A stretch of DNA of 64,000 bases from Babesia bigemina (lineage: Eukaryota), in assembly GCF_000981445.1 (NCBI RefSeq), contig NC_027217.1:2356001-2420000 (forward strand), read 5' to 3'. The translations under genes were made by a program, and so were the position numbers. Within the stretch, counting starts at the first letter, position 1; each line of letters starts with the position of its first letter. The notes under the pieces were generated by a model. It did not search any database, was not told the origin of the DNA, and saw only the letters and a list, made by a program, of their open reading frames with translations. Of this stretch, positions 23,704 to 35,991 are shown piece by piece.

Positions 23704-24009
23704 ACAACCTTTAAAAATGTATTATATGTACCACGTGCTGTGAAAGTCCTTGCCACGCAAGCGGTTTTCATTCCCAGGCAGTCTCTGGTGCCTGTTTGGC
23801 TATACCGCAGCGTCGAACTGCCAGGGTGACGTTCGAGACAGCACCGATTTTATACGAACGACTATCCATAAAGTTAAGATTATCGGGATTTAATTTCACT
23901 GTGCCGTTTGCCGTTTAGAGGCCACAAGTTCTGTCTGCGAGCTGGTACGATGTTGTCGGGAGGTACGTTTTCCAGCAACCGCCGACATGTAGAAGCGTGT
24001 GCTCGTGTA

Positions 24010-26631
24010 TCAATACGCTAACTCGTCCACGCAGAAGCTCATGCCTCCGACGTGGACCGTATCACCTGCCTTGACGCCCATTCGCCTAAGCTTATAGTGT
24101 ATGCGATTTGTGCGCAGGATGCGCCTAAGCTTATCCAGAGTCTCCCTGTACTCGAATCGCATCATCGGTATCTTGCGCTCTAGGTAGTCCGATTTGATCC
24201 TGAATTCCCCCTCCGCTACCTGCTCCACTTTGAACTTGCGCGGGTTAAGTTTTCTGAAATCGTTCGGGTCGTCGATAGCTGCGTCCATTGGTTCGTGGTT
24301 CCTGTTTGAGTTGTCAGTGTGCTCCTGGTATATGTTGGCAAATGTTTTCTTTATTTCATCCATATTTTGCCTAGTCTTGGCTGAGATGGCGTATACTCTA
24401 TCATGGTTGCACTCCTGTTTGAATTGGTCAACTAGTTCTCTCACTCTTGACTCATCAATAAGGTCGATCTTATTGATTAGTACGAGCTCCAATCGCGACA
24501 ATAGTGCTTCATTATAGAGTCCCACCTCGTTGCGCACGTCGTGGTAGTCGGCCAGCGGGTCCTCAAGGCTGCCGTCGACGACGTATGCAAGTACGTTTGA
24601 ATTTTCTATATGCTTGAGGAATTGATGCCCGAGACCGCGACCAGCACTTGCGCCTTCTATCAGCCCCGGAACGTCCGCAATTGTCAGCTGCCTCCTCTTG
24701 CTTGATGCGTCATCACCTGTAGCAAGGCCACACATCTCGGCAATATTTGCACCCGTGTCGAAGGACCCATTGGTGCATTCTCGACCACAGCCATCTTCAG
24801 AACCGTGATCGTCATGAGATCCGTTCGAGTACATCGTGGAATCGTCTTCAGAGTCGTACGCGGACTCGTAGCTCGAACTGTAGCCATAATATGTATCGCT
24901 AGCAGAATCGCTGGGATTTCCAGGCACACTCTGGGGTGACACTCGTTTGACATGCACGCCCCTCAATACTGTGCCTCCATCCTCTGAGCTATGTACACGG
25001 TCAGCTGCGCTCGATCCTGCTACATGCCTTTGCATGTCATCGTGAGCATCGTCACTGCGTGACTGCAGCTGCGGCGAGCAACGGTAACCGTACATACACA
25101 TCATGGCGCTTGATTGACTGTTAGATCTGTTGGCATCAACTGAATCAGCATCATCGGACCTTGTGTCCGTTTCCTCCCCCATGACGTAATTGTCCGAGCT
25201 AATATCGCCAATCTTATCATTGTCCGCAGCAAAGCCGTCAATATCATTGATGACGTCACTATAAGTCGAATCCGTTGGTGCATATTCAATCTCCTCTGAA
25301 TTCGTCGTATCTACCACGGCTAGATCATCCACGCGGTCAACTACATCCGGTTCATCGCCGTCAATGACATTATCCATTTCAGCACTCCTGTCAACAAATT
25401 CATCGACATCAAGCATGCCCATGATCGGAAATTTCGTTGAAAAAGCGTAATCGGCAACTCTGGGCCTTGCGTTGCTGAGGCACCGTAGCAGTGAACTCTT
25501 TCCTGTGGACGTGTGAGCGAAGCTACAAACACCTAGCGTACCTGAGTTCGGCTTGCCTATGAGCGCAACATGGCCTATAATTTTGTAGTTCAGCACAATT
25601 TCACGTGTTACTCCCTCCTCTCCGCGTTCGCAAACGTACGGCGCCGGGTTGCTGCTGGTGTTTAAAGGAGGGGCGCCGCAACTTACAATTTTGACATGTA
25701 GTACCGATTCCCCTTGCCTCCTCGGCCACCTCTGACAATCATCAATTTGTCGTCTGCATAGTAATTCCAGACCGTTTTGTCATTGTGCCGTTTTACCTTC
25801 ATTCTGCAATACTGCATACAATTCGCCGCTCGTGCTGTATACGTGCGTGCCGGGTGGGACGGGTATGAACCTGTGGTTACCCTTGGCGCCGTTCCTGCGA
25901 CCACCCAAGCCGTGATGCCCACTTTCCGCCTTGTAGATGTAGAATTGTTTGACTGGGTTGAGGTTGCTCATTGCCTCATTGCAGATCAGGTATACCGACC
26001 CACCCGGGCCGCCGTTCCCTCCATCCGCCCCTCCCAGCGGCACGTGCTTTTCCCTTCTGAACGACACGCAGCCGTCGCCTCCACGACCGCCGACGGCCAA
26101 TATCCTACACTTGTCAACCAGCTGTGTCTCGTGCCAATCATCTGAGCAACCTTGAGGAGGGATGTATATGCCACCTACTCGCTGTGTCCGTGGCATCAAT
26201 GAAAGTCGGTGCTTCCGGTAACTCAGCGTTGCATATAGCGGCGTTGTCGGAATAAGCTGCTACATTTCCGTCATCTTCATCGAATTGCTCTTTATGGGTT
26301 AGTGCAAGTTCATCGCTGTTTGTGTCCGAACCCAGAACAAACAACGCCCCGGCTTTTTTACACCCCAAAGTGTATGGAATACCCTTATAATAAGCTGCAG
26401 ATGTATTGCTTCTGCGATAGGCGTCAGCCGTATTCCCCGATGCGATGCAAATGGGCTCGGATGAGATGAACGAAGATTTTATCTTCAATCCAGGGGAATC
26501 TACAAGTGACATGATGGCATCATTTAGTCGCGTAACGTACCATGTTTACGAACAGTGCGATGGGAGATTGCGTTCTTGCCGTGCTTAATGTCTGAAACAG
26601 GTATCAGAAGGTGTATTGCGATCGTATGCAT
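24010..26631 (-). CDS. obg: Obg/CgtA GTPase, organellar (probably apicoplast), multi-exon, 5' end uncertain
   Basis: Gly-rich Obg fold GGRGGDGCVSFRREKHVPLGGADGGNGGPGG, G1 GKPNSGKS (after removing 25503-25541), DYAFST, IADVPGLIEGASAGRGLGHQFLKH, NKID and a C-terminal OCT domain (GVKAGDTVHVG). Confidence 0.9.
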
Positions 26632-27058
26632 GATTCCAACACGGCAGCATAGCAGCTATGCAACGCACCGGCAATGAACTCTATGCCATGAATACCATTC
26701 TACAGGTGGAATATCCACATATGCACGAGCATTGGTTCCACTGGAATCCACGTAACACACAATGGACCTCAGACAGAAACTATTGCCAATCTTTCGAAAG
26801 AGAGATGTGTAAATCCGTACCTTCCGAGTCATGCGGCCATGTTTCTACAGCCAGGGAAGTCGCGAAGTCATGACATCCTTTTGCCGGCGATTGACCAGGT
26901 GCTTGCAGGCGCGTGATTCCACTGAGAATTATGCTCTGCAGCGAGAACATGTGCGCGAACCGCATCAGAAGTTTTGATTGTCTAAAGATTAATGCTATGT
27001 GTTAACAACCGCTGTCGTTGCAGCGGGTCATAGTGCTGTATACAGCAACAGTGATGTG

Positions 27059-28349
27059 TCACTCGTCGAACGCCCATGGATTCCTGCACATTACTGGGCC
27101 GTACTTTGCAGTTACTTACTCCTTCAAGAACAGATCAATTGCTTCTTTGATGGAGTAGTTGGGGTACACGTTTCTGACAGAACAAGGTTCCCTGCGTCGT
27201 CCGTGTCGTTGCTGTGCTCCCGCCTACCTCGTTACGGGATCAAATTCTCCGTTGCATTTAAAGTGTTGCTCCAGCAGTTCACGTTCGTACGTGATTCCGC
27301 TCGACGTGACTACTGGGTCCTTCATGATGCACTGCAATGCGATGTCAGCGTGCCGTGTCCTGCCTACCATGGAGATCTTGCAGCACAGATAGCTTGGTAT
27401 GTTGCGTTCCCGCGCCTTGTCGAGCGCGTTGAACACTTTACGATACTGCGATAATCGCTCTGCGCTTTCTTCTTCGGTGACGGTGCCACCTTGAGCGTCA
27501 CGGGCGATGGCACCCTGCGTGCGTTGAGTGTCGCGCCATGCCAACTGACCTCGACGTAATTCTTCAAGCTGCAGAGGTCCTGGACGAAGGAGGCGTCCTC
27601 GTTCATCCAGACAAACTTCTTTGCCCGTAGTATTTCATCCTCGATTTCGTTGATGAAGGGCACTTTGTAGTGCTCGGAGAGCGTTTTTGCCTTGACAAGC
27701 TTCTTGAGGCCTTCCTCAGGCTCGCCTGCAAAAGCATCAGATGAGCCAAGAGATGGGCGCATTTAGGCACACAAATATATCGCATATACATGGACAAAGC
27801 AGGATAACTCCAATATATAGTAGGCAAATCGCATCCAGCACTGCCTCCCAGGGCTGAATGCACGAAACACATATCGGCACAGTGGCCCCGCTACAACAGC
27901 ACAAACAGCGATGCGCCAAACCAAACAGCGCCTTATGTACGCAATGCGATCACGCGTGCTCCTACGGCGTATCAGCGATGATGGGCATCCTACCTAAGTG
28001 TAGCAGAGCCTGGCCGAGGTAGTAGTGGGCCTTTACGGAGTCCGCATCGATGTTAAGCGCCTTCCGCACGTCATTCGCAACCTGCACCGTATCGATACAC
28101 ACACGATGGACGTACGTTCTGCCACTTTCCCTGCTTTTTGTAGCAGAGAGCGCGGTTGGTGTAGTACTCGAAGTTATCGGGGTAGCATTCGATGGCTTTG
28201 GAGTAGTAGTCTATCGCCGACTCGAGAAACCCCCGCTTGAAGCTCTCGTTGCCAAGATTCCGGAACCGCTCAGCATCTTGTATCCTCCGCTGGCGGACCT
28301 CCCACTCGTCGTTGGCGCTGATCGCGTTGAACTGGCTAACGTCGCCCAT
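27059..28349 (-). CDS. STUB1: TPR + U-box E3 ubiquitin ligase (CHIP-like), multi-exon
   Basis: TPR AIDYYSKAI..YYTNRALCY and U-box [51 protein letters not shown]. Confidence 0.92.
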
Positions 28350-28544
28350 GTCGCGAGCTGGAAGGTATAGCGCACTACCGAATCATTATCACCAGTCAGT
28401 TAGTTTCATTATCGCGTGAGAGACATTTTACCAGTGGAAGTGCCTCCGACGCCGGGATGTGTATGAGCGACTCCCCATAGGTGTCGTGGTTTTTATTAAT
28501 ATGTCAAGATTACAGATGCATGTAAACGCTATTTTAGAATGGCG

Positions 28545-29912
28545 CTATGGCTTCGACCTGCAAAAGTTCGATGTGTCGCCCGTTGCACTTACGGAGAACT
28601 GGCGGATGATGTCTGCGGGATCGGCACCCTCGTAGGCAATCCTGTAGGTGACGACGAACAACGGGAATTCAGCTTCAATTCCGTTTGCCTTGAGGACGTT
28701 GTAGACTTCTTCGGAGGTGGAAGTTCCCTGCACAACGTTGAGAACCGATTAAAAGCTGTAGACACGGTAGTCGACCGGTACGACGCCCCGGTGGAATCCG
28801 GACTGATAGATACCCGTAAACACCTTAATCACAACACTTGCCACAGCCCCACGCAACTGCCATGAGGCAAGGCAATTACTGGCACCGACAACAACCCACA
28901 ATGCAGATTGCAGTGGTCCGTCACCTACCTGGAGCTTCTGTCCACCCAACATCTCGCTTTCGATGTCGGTCCATGACTTCTTTCCGTGGTGCTTGGCAAA
29001 CTCGGCCGCACAGCGCACGTTCCTGCCACCGATGCAGGTGGTGATCAGGTCAGCGACGCCGGCGCTCTCGAAAACGACCCTGTTGCAGTCCTCGTTGAAG
29101 AACTTGGTGGCGAACTTGTAGATTTCGTTGAGCCCGATCCTCATGATGGCAGCCTTGGTGTTGGACCCGAGCCCCAGGCCGTCGCAGAAACCGGCGGAAA
29201 TGGCAACGACGTTCTTGATGGCGCCGAAGACCTGGACGGCGGCGACACCGGGCACGCAGTTGATCTTGAAGTAAGGCCTGTCGAAGAGCTTCTGGTAGAT
29301 GACGGCGTGCTCCTTCTCCTTGTACCCAATGGTGGCTTCACTGAACTCCTCCATGGCGACGTTGGTGGCGACGTTGGCACCGGACAGGGCGAGGCAGGGG
29401 ATGCCAAGCTCCTGCTCGATGGTCTCGGTGAAGCAGACCACATCGCGTCCGGTGAGCTCGATACCCTTGACGAGACTGATGCAGATGGAGCCGGGCCTGA
29501 GCGGACCCATTTCCTTCATCTTCTTGACGGTGGACTTGACGAACTGGTGAGGGAGCACAATGACGAAGGTGTCGGACTCCTGCACGCACTCCTTCATGTC
29601 CGGTACACCGACAAGGTTGTGAGGCAGCTTAATACCAGGCAGGTACTTCTTGTTCTCGTGGTCCGTGTTGATGATCTCGCTGAGCTTGCGGCCCTCGAAG
29701 ACTTCCTCGAGCACCCACAGGCGTACTTTGTCCTCGAACTCAGGGTGCCTCGCTGCGTTCTCCGCGACGAGTTTGCCAGACGCAGTGCCCCAGTTGCCGC
29801 AGCCCATGACGCAGACCTAGGTGGCGGTGAGACGAGGCGGAAGATAGGGATGTCGCGGGCATGCCGCTGGAATCCTGACGGCGGTGCAACATACCTTCCT
29901 CGGTGATGCCAT
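28545..29912 (-). CDS. GPD1: Glycerol-3-phosphate dehydrogenase (NAD+), 3 exons
   Basis: VMGCGNWGTA, HENKKYLPGIKLP, LSGANVA, GAIKNVVA, SAGVADLITTCIGGRN and QKLQG. Confidence 0.95.
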
Positions 29913-30548
29913 TGTGCCAAAGGAATAGAGACTCGTAAAACGTGCAACTGCAGGCGGTTTTATGCTGTAGAAGGACGGCCGGCAGAACAGGGTGTCTGTT
30001 GCACGCCAAATGCGCGCACAGGTCCGTCTAAACATGTAAACGCGCAGACAACGCCAGACGTGCAAAGGCGACGCAAATGCGGTCCACACGCGCCACAAAC
30101 GGCTCTAAATGAACGCAGTGCCCACCTGTATGGTATGGACGCAATAGAATTCGAGAATCGACCGACTTGACGACGACGTCGATCGGCAGAGTGTGTGTCC
30201 GAGAGTATAAGTTATGGAGAAGAGCAGGGTAGCAGACAGCAGTCGACAAATAAACGGTTGGTCGTTTGTTTGCCGTGCCAGATCGTTAGTTAGGTAAAGT
30301 GCCCGGCTGCGGTAGTTGCAGCGGACCGATACACAACTCGCGATCCCCATAGCAAAATGGCACTTGTGACGTAACATGTAGATGAGTCTGGATTTCCCGA
30401 TCGCTGCGGTTTACAGTAAGACGGTTTGTATAATTTGACATTAATTGTTTTCAAGTCTGCGCTTAAATCTGGTCTCCGAAGCGTCTGCGGTGTTTTGTCT
30501 GGGATGTCATGCCTGGCTGCTGTGATAGCTCGTAGCGTCACTTGAGGC

Positions 30549-33500
30549 ATGGCAAGACACCGATCTCACAGGCGAGAGTCGGTTGACCGCGATTCGCGTG
30601 AGTCGCGTCGCCACTCGAGCCGACATCGCAGGCGTTACAGTCCGCCGTCATCCCGATCAAGTAACGAAGGTAGGCAAAGGTGATTGCATTATGCTGTTTT
30701 ATACATGCATTATGCTGTTTTATACATGCATTATGTGTCGTACGCCTGTTTGATGCATTTAACATTTTTGGCAATAATGTCTGAGCGATCCATACGTTAT
30801 TACGGTTTCCCATCGTTTGACCTGCCCATGCTTCTATTGCCTTTCCATTGTAAAATGCTCTATACTCATCACTACTCTTTTCTACGTATCTGGGTCGCTT
30901 ATTGGAACAACCTGTGGCGGTTACGCTTCAGTTTTGTTCATTCGTACGATTGTTTGCTTCACAGTCTTCAGCGGTTGCATGCAATTTCAAAACCTTTTGT
31001 AAAGTTGCCTACTCGTAATTATATTTCTCTACACGGATCTGATGAGTTCCGTTTCATTCCGTATATCGCGCCATCCGTGTTGGGTTTTCAGTTACATTGC
31101 CGTGTGGGCTGCTACCTGCGTAACTCCCGTTAATAAACTGGCCGTTTAACGTGAACATCCTCGCCCCAAACACTTGCTTTGTTTCATGACACCGGTATTG
31201 TGCTATTTTTAGCGTTGCAACAACTGTTCAGGTCGGTCAGCTTCGAGGTCAGCGAGTCGAGGTCGGCGGTCTGGAAGAGGGCGGTCCGACCATTCCGCCC
31301 GTCGTCGTGGCGATACGCGTTCCGATAGGTATAGCGATGTCCACTCTGAGCGTATGCGGGCGTATGGCAGCACTGCGCTTAGCCGTTCACACTCTACCCG
31401 AAAGTCTGGAAAAAACTCCGAGCAGATTGTTGGCGGTGTTGGTCAAGACGCGATCGCGCTGAAGACGGATACTGTGGAGGTCCGCCAGGTTGACCGCACT
31501 ATCTTGGTCGGCGCGAAGGTGGGTTACCGCGGAGTCGCGCCTCACACACTTGCAGCGGACAACTCACTCCGATGCATCTGCGAAACAACGCTCCTTCGTC
31601 CAGGAGGACTCTGATGATGGTATGTCGTTCATGCTGTTAATGAACGTTCCGTGCACTTTTGGGTCGCGTGTGTTGCGGGTTTCGTGAATCCTCTGACACT
31701 GCTGGTCTTCCCGTGGTGCCGTCCACTTTCGCTTTGCTCCGGCCTAATTCTCCTGCAGCATCCGAGGAGGGTGAAATCGTGGAGGGCATCGTGCTCGACG
31801 AGGACGAGCAAGACGTGGAGAAGTTCCTGGAACATCGCAGGCGTGAGCGCCAGAAGCTGATGGAAAGGTTGACTTCCGAATCACGGCGTGGCTCAACTTC
31901 TGCAACATGCTCAATCGATCCCAACGACGTGTCTGCTGCAGCTGCTGCCCCCGACGGTAATGCACTGAATACTAAACCCGAAAATTCTCATGCCGTTGAA
32001 GAGTCCGTCGCTAGTCAACTACAAAAACGTCTGGTTGCCAGCGGCTGCTCGACTACCCCGGAGCAGGCGGCTGGCGCCGACGGCGTGTCGTTATCGAGGC
32101 CTTCAGAAGAGGATTGTCTCGGTAATGTTGATAAAACGGCGACGAATGTATCTGATCTAAGGCACCCGAGCGTTGAATTGGCTAATGCCCCTGCGGAGCA
32201 CGAGAGTGTTCCAGCCGTTGCCACGGCCGTGTCGCCGGAGTCTAAACCCATGTATGGATATCGTGCATTTGTTGCGGCCCCCAGCGACGGTGACAAAATT
32301 AAGGATGCCAGTGCAAACAACACGGATGCGCGCGGGCCTTCTACCCCAGTCACCGGTGGCAGTACTGGTCAGCCTTTGAGCGCCAACTCGGATGGCGCAG
32401 CCGCAACTTCATCACGGCTTGCGACAGCGCCCACGCTCGAACGCCCTTCGAAAAGGCGCAACCCTTTCACCATGTTTTTGTCAAGACTTGGTTCGCCGCA
32501 GCAAAATGCGGCGGCCGACCCTCCCAAGCCTGCCTGCCCAGACTTCACAGTGCTCTGCACCCAGGCGGCAAGCGGCGTAACTTCAATGCAGTCCAATGAA
32601 GCTACGGAGAATGTTACTAATCAACACTCGGAAGATGTTTCCCTGAACAACGGCGGCACGCTTCCTAGCGAAGCAGCACCCGTCGAACACAACGACGCAC
32701 CGCCGTCCGACAGGCAGGAACCGGCGTCCCCCAGAGGGCAACCTGCCAATGAGGTCGCTGCCGCCGAAATACCCGTCAACGGCACCGACGATGCTGTATC
32801 CACGACTGAACACGCAGTCGCATCGGCGGATCAACCGTTGGTCGAAAGCAATGCCCCTGTTTCGTCCGTTGAGGTGGGCGTGCCGCTTCCGCCGGTTTTC
32901 GCAATGTCCTCGGAGAACATCGACGACAGCCATATATCAGACCTCACCGTTTCGGACATCGACGAGGACGAACCGTACCCCGCGTCTGTCCCCGCAGCCG
33001 CGCCTAAGCCTTCCGCGTCTGCCATCATGAACGCCCTGCAGAGCGAGATCATGGAGCAGAAGGTAAAGCTGCGCAACATGATGCTGAAGATGCGCGAGGA
33101 GCACAAGTCCGGGTTTTATGAGGTGGGAAGTTCGGTTGCGGACGAATATGCGTTACAGGATGACGTGGGTGACGGCGACAGCTCCACCGCGGCGCACGAC
33201 GACCCCTCGGCTGCGGACGAGTCCGAGTCCGGGGACGATTCCGACGACGACATGGACATGTTCGCCGAAGTCGACGACGAGTCGAAGAGTGCCAAGGAGC
33301 CGTCCGCCGCCAAGCGGCGCAAACGCCCGCGCCGCGCTCCTGCGGTCCGGGGCCTGAGCGACGAGTGGAACGACGCCGAAGGATACTACCAGGCCACCAT
33401 CGGCGAGGTTTTGGGCAACCGCTACCGCGTAGTGTCCGAGGTCGTGGGGAAGGGCGTGTTTTCGTCAGTCGCAAGGTGTTTTGACAGTGAGTCGAATGTG

Positions 33501-34406
33501 CATGTGGCCATCAAGGTAATCCGCAACCACGAGATCATGGTCCGCGCTGCGGAGAAGGAGATTGGGATCTTGCGCCGCCTCAACGAGAGCGACCCGGACG
33601 ACCGCCGGCACATCGTGCGGCTGCTCGACCAGTTCGACTACCGCGGCCACCTGTGCATGGTGTTCCCGATGTTTTGGGGCAACCTCCGGAGCGCGCTGCG
33701 GCTGCACGGCAAGGGCCGCGGCGGCTTCAGCCTGCCGTACGTGCACTCGTACACGCGGCAGCTGTTCATCGCGCTGCGCCACATGTGGCGCAACAGCGTG
33801 ATGCACGCCGACCTGAAGCCGGACAACATCCTGGTGAACGAGGACTTCAGCCGCATCACCGTCTGCGACCTGGGCAGCGCCAGCGACGTCAGCGAGAACG
33901 AGATCACTGCGTACCTGGTGAGCCGGTTCTACCGCGCCCCCGAGATCATCCTGGGGCTGCGGTACGACTGCAAGATCGACGTGTGGAGCGCGGCCGCCAC
34001 CATCTACGAGCTTGCGACCGGCGACGTCCTGTTCGCTGGGCGGACCAACAACCACATGCTGAAGCTGATGATGGAGGTGAAGGGCAAGGTGCCCAACAGG
34101 CTGATCCGCGCCGGCCAGCTCGCCTCGCAGCACTTCGACGAGAACATGGACTTCGTCTACGTCACGCGCGACTCGTTCACGCGGAAGGACGCCGTGAAGC
34201 TGCTGCGCGACCTGCGCCCGACGCGCAATCTCACCGACTCGCTCCTCGAGCGGCAGCCCTGGATCAAGGCCAACTCGCCCAAGAAGGAGGCCATGGTGCG
34301 GAAGATGCGCCAGCTGGGCGACCTGCTCGAGCGGTGCCTCGCGATCGACCCCGCGAAGCGGCTCACACCAGAAGAGGCTCTGCAGCACCCCTTCATACGG
34401 GGTTAA
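30549..34406 (+). CDS. PRP4K: PRP4 kinase (CLK3-like), multi-exon with an RS-rich N-terminus
   Basis: First exon MARHRSHRRES..YSPPSSRSSNEG (donor at 30670). Kinase motifs WNDAEGYY, GKGVFS, HADLKPDNIL, CDLGSA and TAYLVSRFYRAPEIILG. Internal 5' exons are approximate. Confidence 0.92.
30685..30735 (+). repeat. 21-bp tandem repeat (2.4 copies) in PRP4K intron 1
   Basis: TGCATTATGCTGTTTTATACA x2 followed by TGCATTATG. Confidence 0.9.
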
Positions 34407-34509
34407 TTCTGTGTGTTGATAAGTAACATTTGGGCGCGAAAGCAGCCGCCTTGCCCGAGGTCTGTCCGCGCGGGCCTCCGGGCGCGTCCCGTTTAAACTT
34501 TAACTATTA

Positions 34510-35077
34510 ATGGCTGCGGACGCCGAGTCTGTCGATGCGGCCTCAGAATGCGTAGACGTCGGACCGGTTTCGGAGGTACGCTGTGCGTATGCGCGCGCGT
34601 CATTCTGCGCAGTTCGCGAGGGGTCCGAGGCGCCTGGTCGTCGGCGGCCGCAAAGGTGGGTAGACACGCTTCGATCGCGATACCCTGCGCAGTGGCGGTG
34701 TTCCAGCACGGCGGCCGCTTCTTGGCAATCGACGCCAATTGCTACCACGCAGCAGGTCGGCTGGAGGAGGTGGGCGCAACTCCCAGTTGTTAATCCGATT
34801 CGTGCAGCACGGCGGCGACATAGAGGACGTGAACGGAGAGCCGTGCATCCGCTGCCCGATGCACAAGTACATAATCTCGCTGTCGAGCGGCCACTCCTTC
34901 TACGAGGCGGTGGAGGTCATCCGGCAGCCGGGCGGCCCGCCGAGCTTCCGTTCGCTGGGCTTCAAATCCAAGGGCGTGAAGCAGCGGTGCCACCATGCCA
35001 GGGTGGAGGGCAACAGGCTGCTAATCCGGATCACACGGGACGGTGAGGTGGAATCCGACCGCTACGCTTACGTCTGA
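34510..35077 (+). CDS. Soluble Rieske [2Fe-2S] ferredoxin-domain protein (RFESD-like), multi-exon
   Basis: AIDANCYHA and GDIEDVNGEPCIRCPMHKYIISL supply the CxH..CxxH ligands. KSKGVKQR..ESDRY tail. Confidence 0.85.
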
Positions 35078-35087
35078 GCTCTCGGCG

Positions 35088-35741
35088 TCACGCGGCCTCG
35101 TTGACCACATCGCCCGCCGTTTCGCTGGCCACGTCCTTGGCGTCATTTTGCGCGGGGTTGTTCTGCAGCCGTTCAACTAGCTTCTTGTGCAGCATCTGCG
35201 CAAGGTCATTGCGGCGAGAGCCGGGCTTACGTCCACGGCGTCGAGGGCGGTGTCCAGCTTCATGCCCGCAGTGCGGTACTTGTTCACTACATTCGTCATT
35301 GCCCAGTCGTACGGGTTCACGTAGTTGTCAACAGCTCTGTAAAGGTGTACAAAATCACGTCGCAGCGCCGTACCTGAGGGCGCCCTTGAAAATGGTGTCG
35401 GTGCCGTCATGCTCCTGCTGCGAGACCTTCTGCAGCTTGCGCAGCGCCTTCTCGAACTTGTACCTGCGGCTGTTGGTCGGCAGTTCCAACCACCTACATG
35501 TTCTTCACGAGGTTCTTCACGCTGGAGGGGTCGGCGGTGTTCGGCGATTCGCACATCACAGCGATCTTGGTCAGGCGCTCGACCACTGTATGCCATTGCG
35601 GGCCGCAGGGCTACACATACCGTCCAGAAGCAGCGTGGGAATAACGTCGTCCTTTCTAGCCCCCGTCGTGGCCGCGTTGTCGACAACGCCGGTCTCGGCG
35701 CCACCCTCGTCGTTGCTGCTGGAATCCTCATGGTCCGTCAT
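35088..35741 (-). CDS. Small multi-exon protein, Mediator subunit 10-like
   Basis: Five exons splice cleanly. ALRAVDNYVNPYDW resembles the MED10 'yID.grNP' motif in a helical protein of fitting size. Confidence 0.5.
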
Positions 35742-35991
35742 GATTAGGCGGTCGAAGGTGCGTTCGCATCTGCGGTGTGGCCGCAACGCGCCCAGGGGAG
35801 GTAACCTTAGACAATAGCGCAGTGTAGGACGACGCAGATGCCGATTTGTTTCCACAAGGACTCCGTGTCTACGGCCGGAGGCGCGAGAGGTAGGGCGCCT
35901 ACACATCGATGCGTGCGCGCGACACACGCTTGACCGCGCCTCACAGCGGCAGTCGCCATTATAACGCGCGCGATAAGTCTGCTTGCCAATC

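Noticed and set aside
28986..29906. 306-aa ORF antisense to GPD1 (likewise 33465-34388, 49424-50164, 60695-61669)
   Set aside because: These are shadow ORFs caused by high GC3 codon bias on the real strand and show no motifs.
31031..31080. ACACGGAT-CTGATGAG..ATCCGTGT hairpin in PRP4K intron 1, resembling a hammerhead ribozyme core or a C-box
   Set aside because: There is no GAAA, no stems II/III and no box D within the stem, so it is only an 8-bp inverted repeat.
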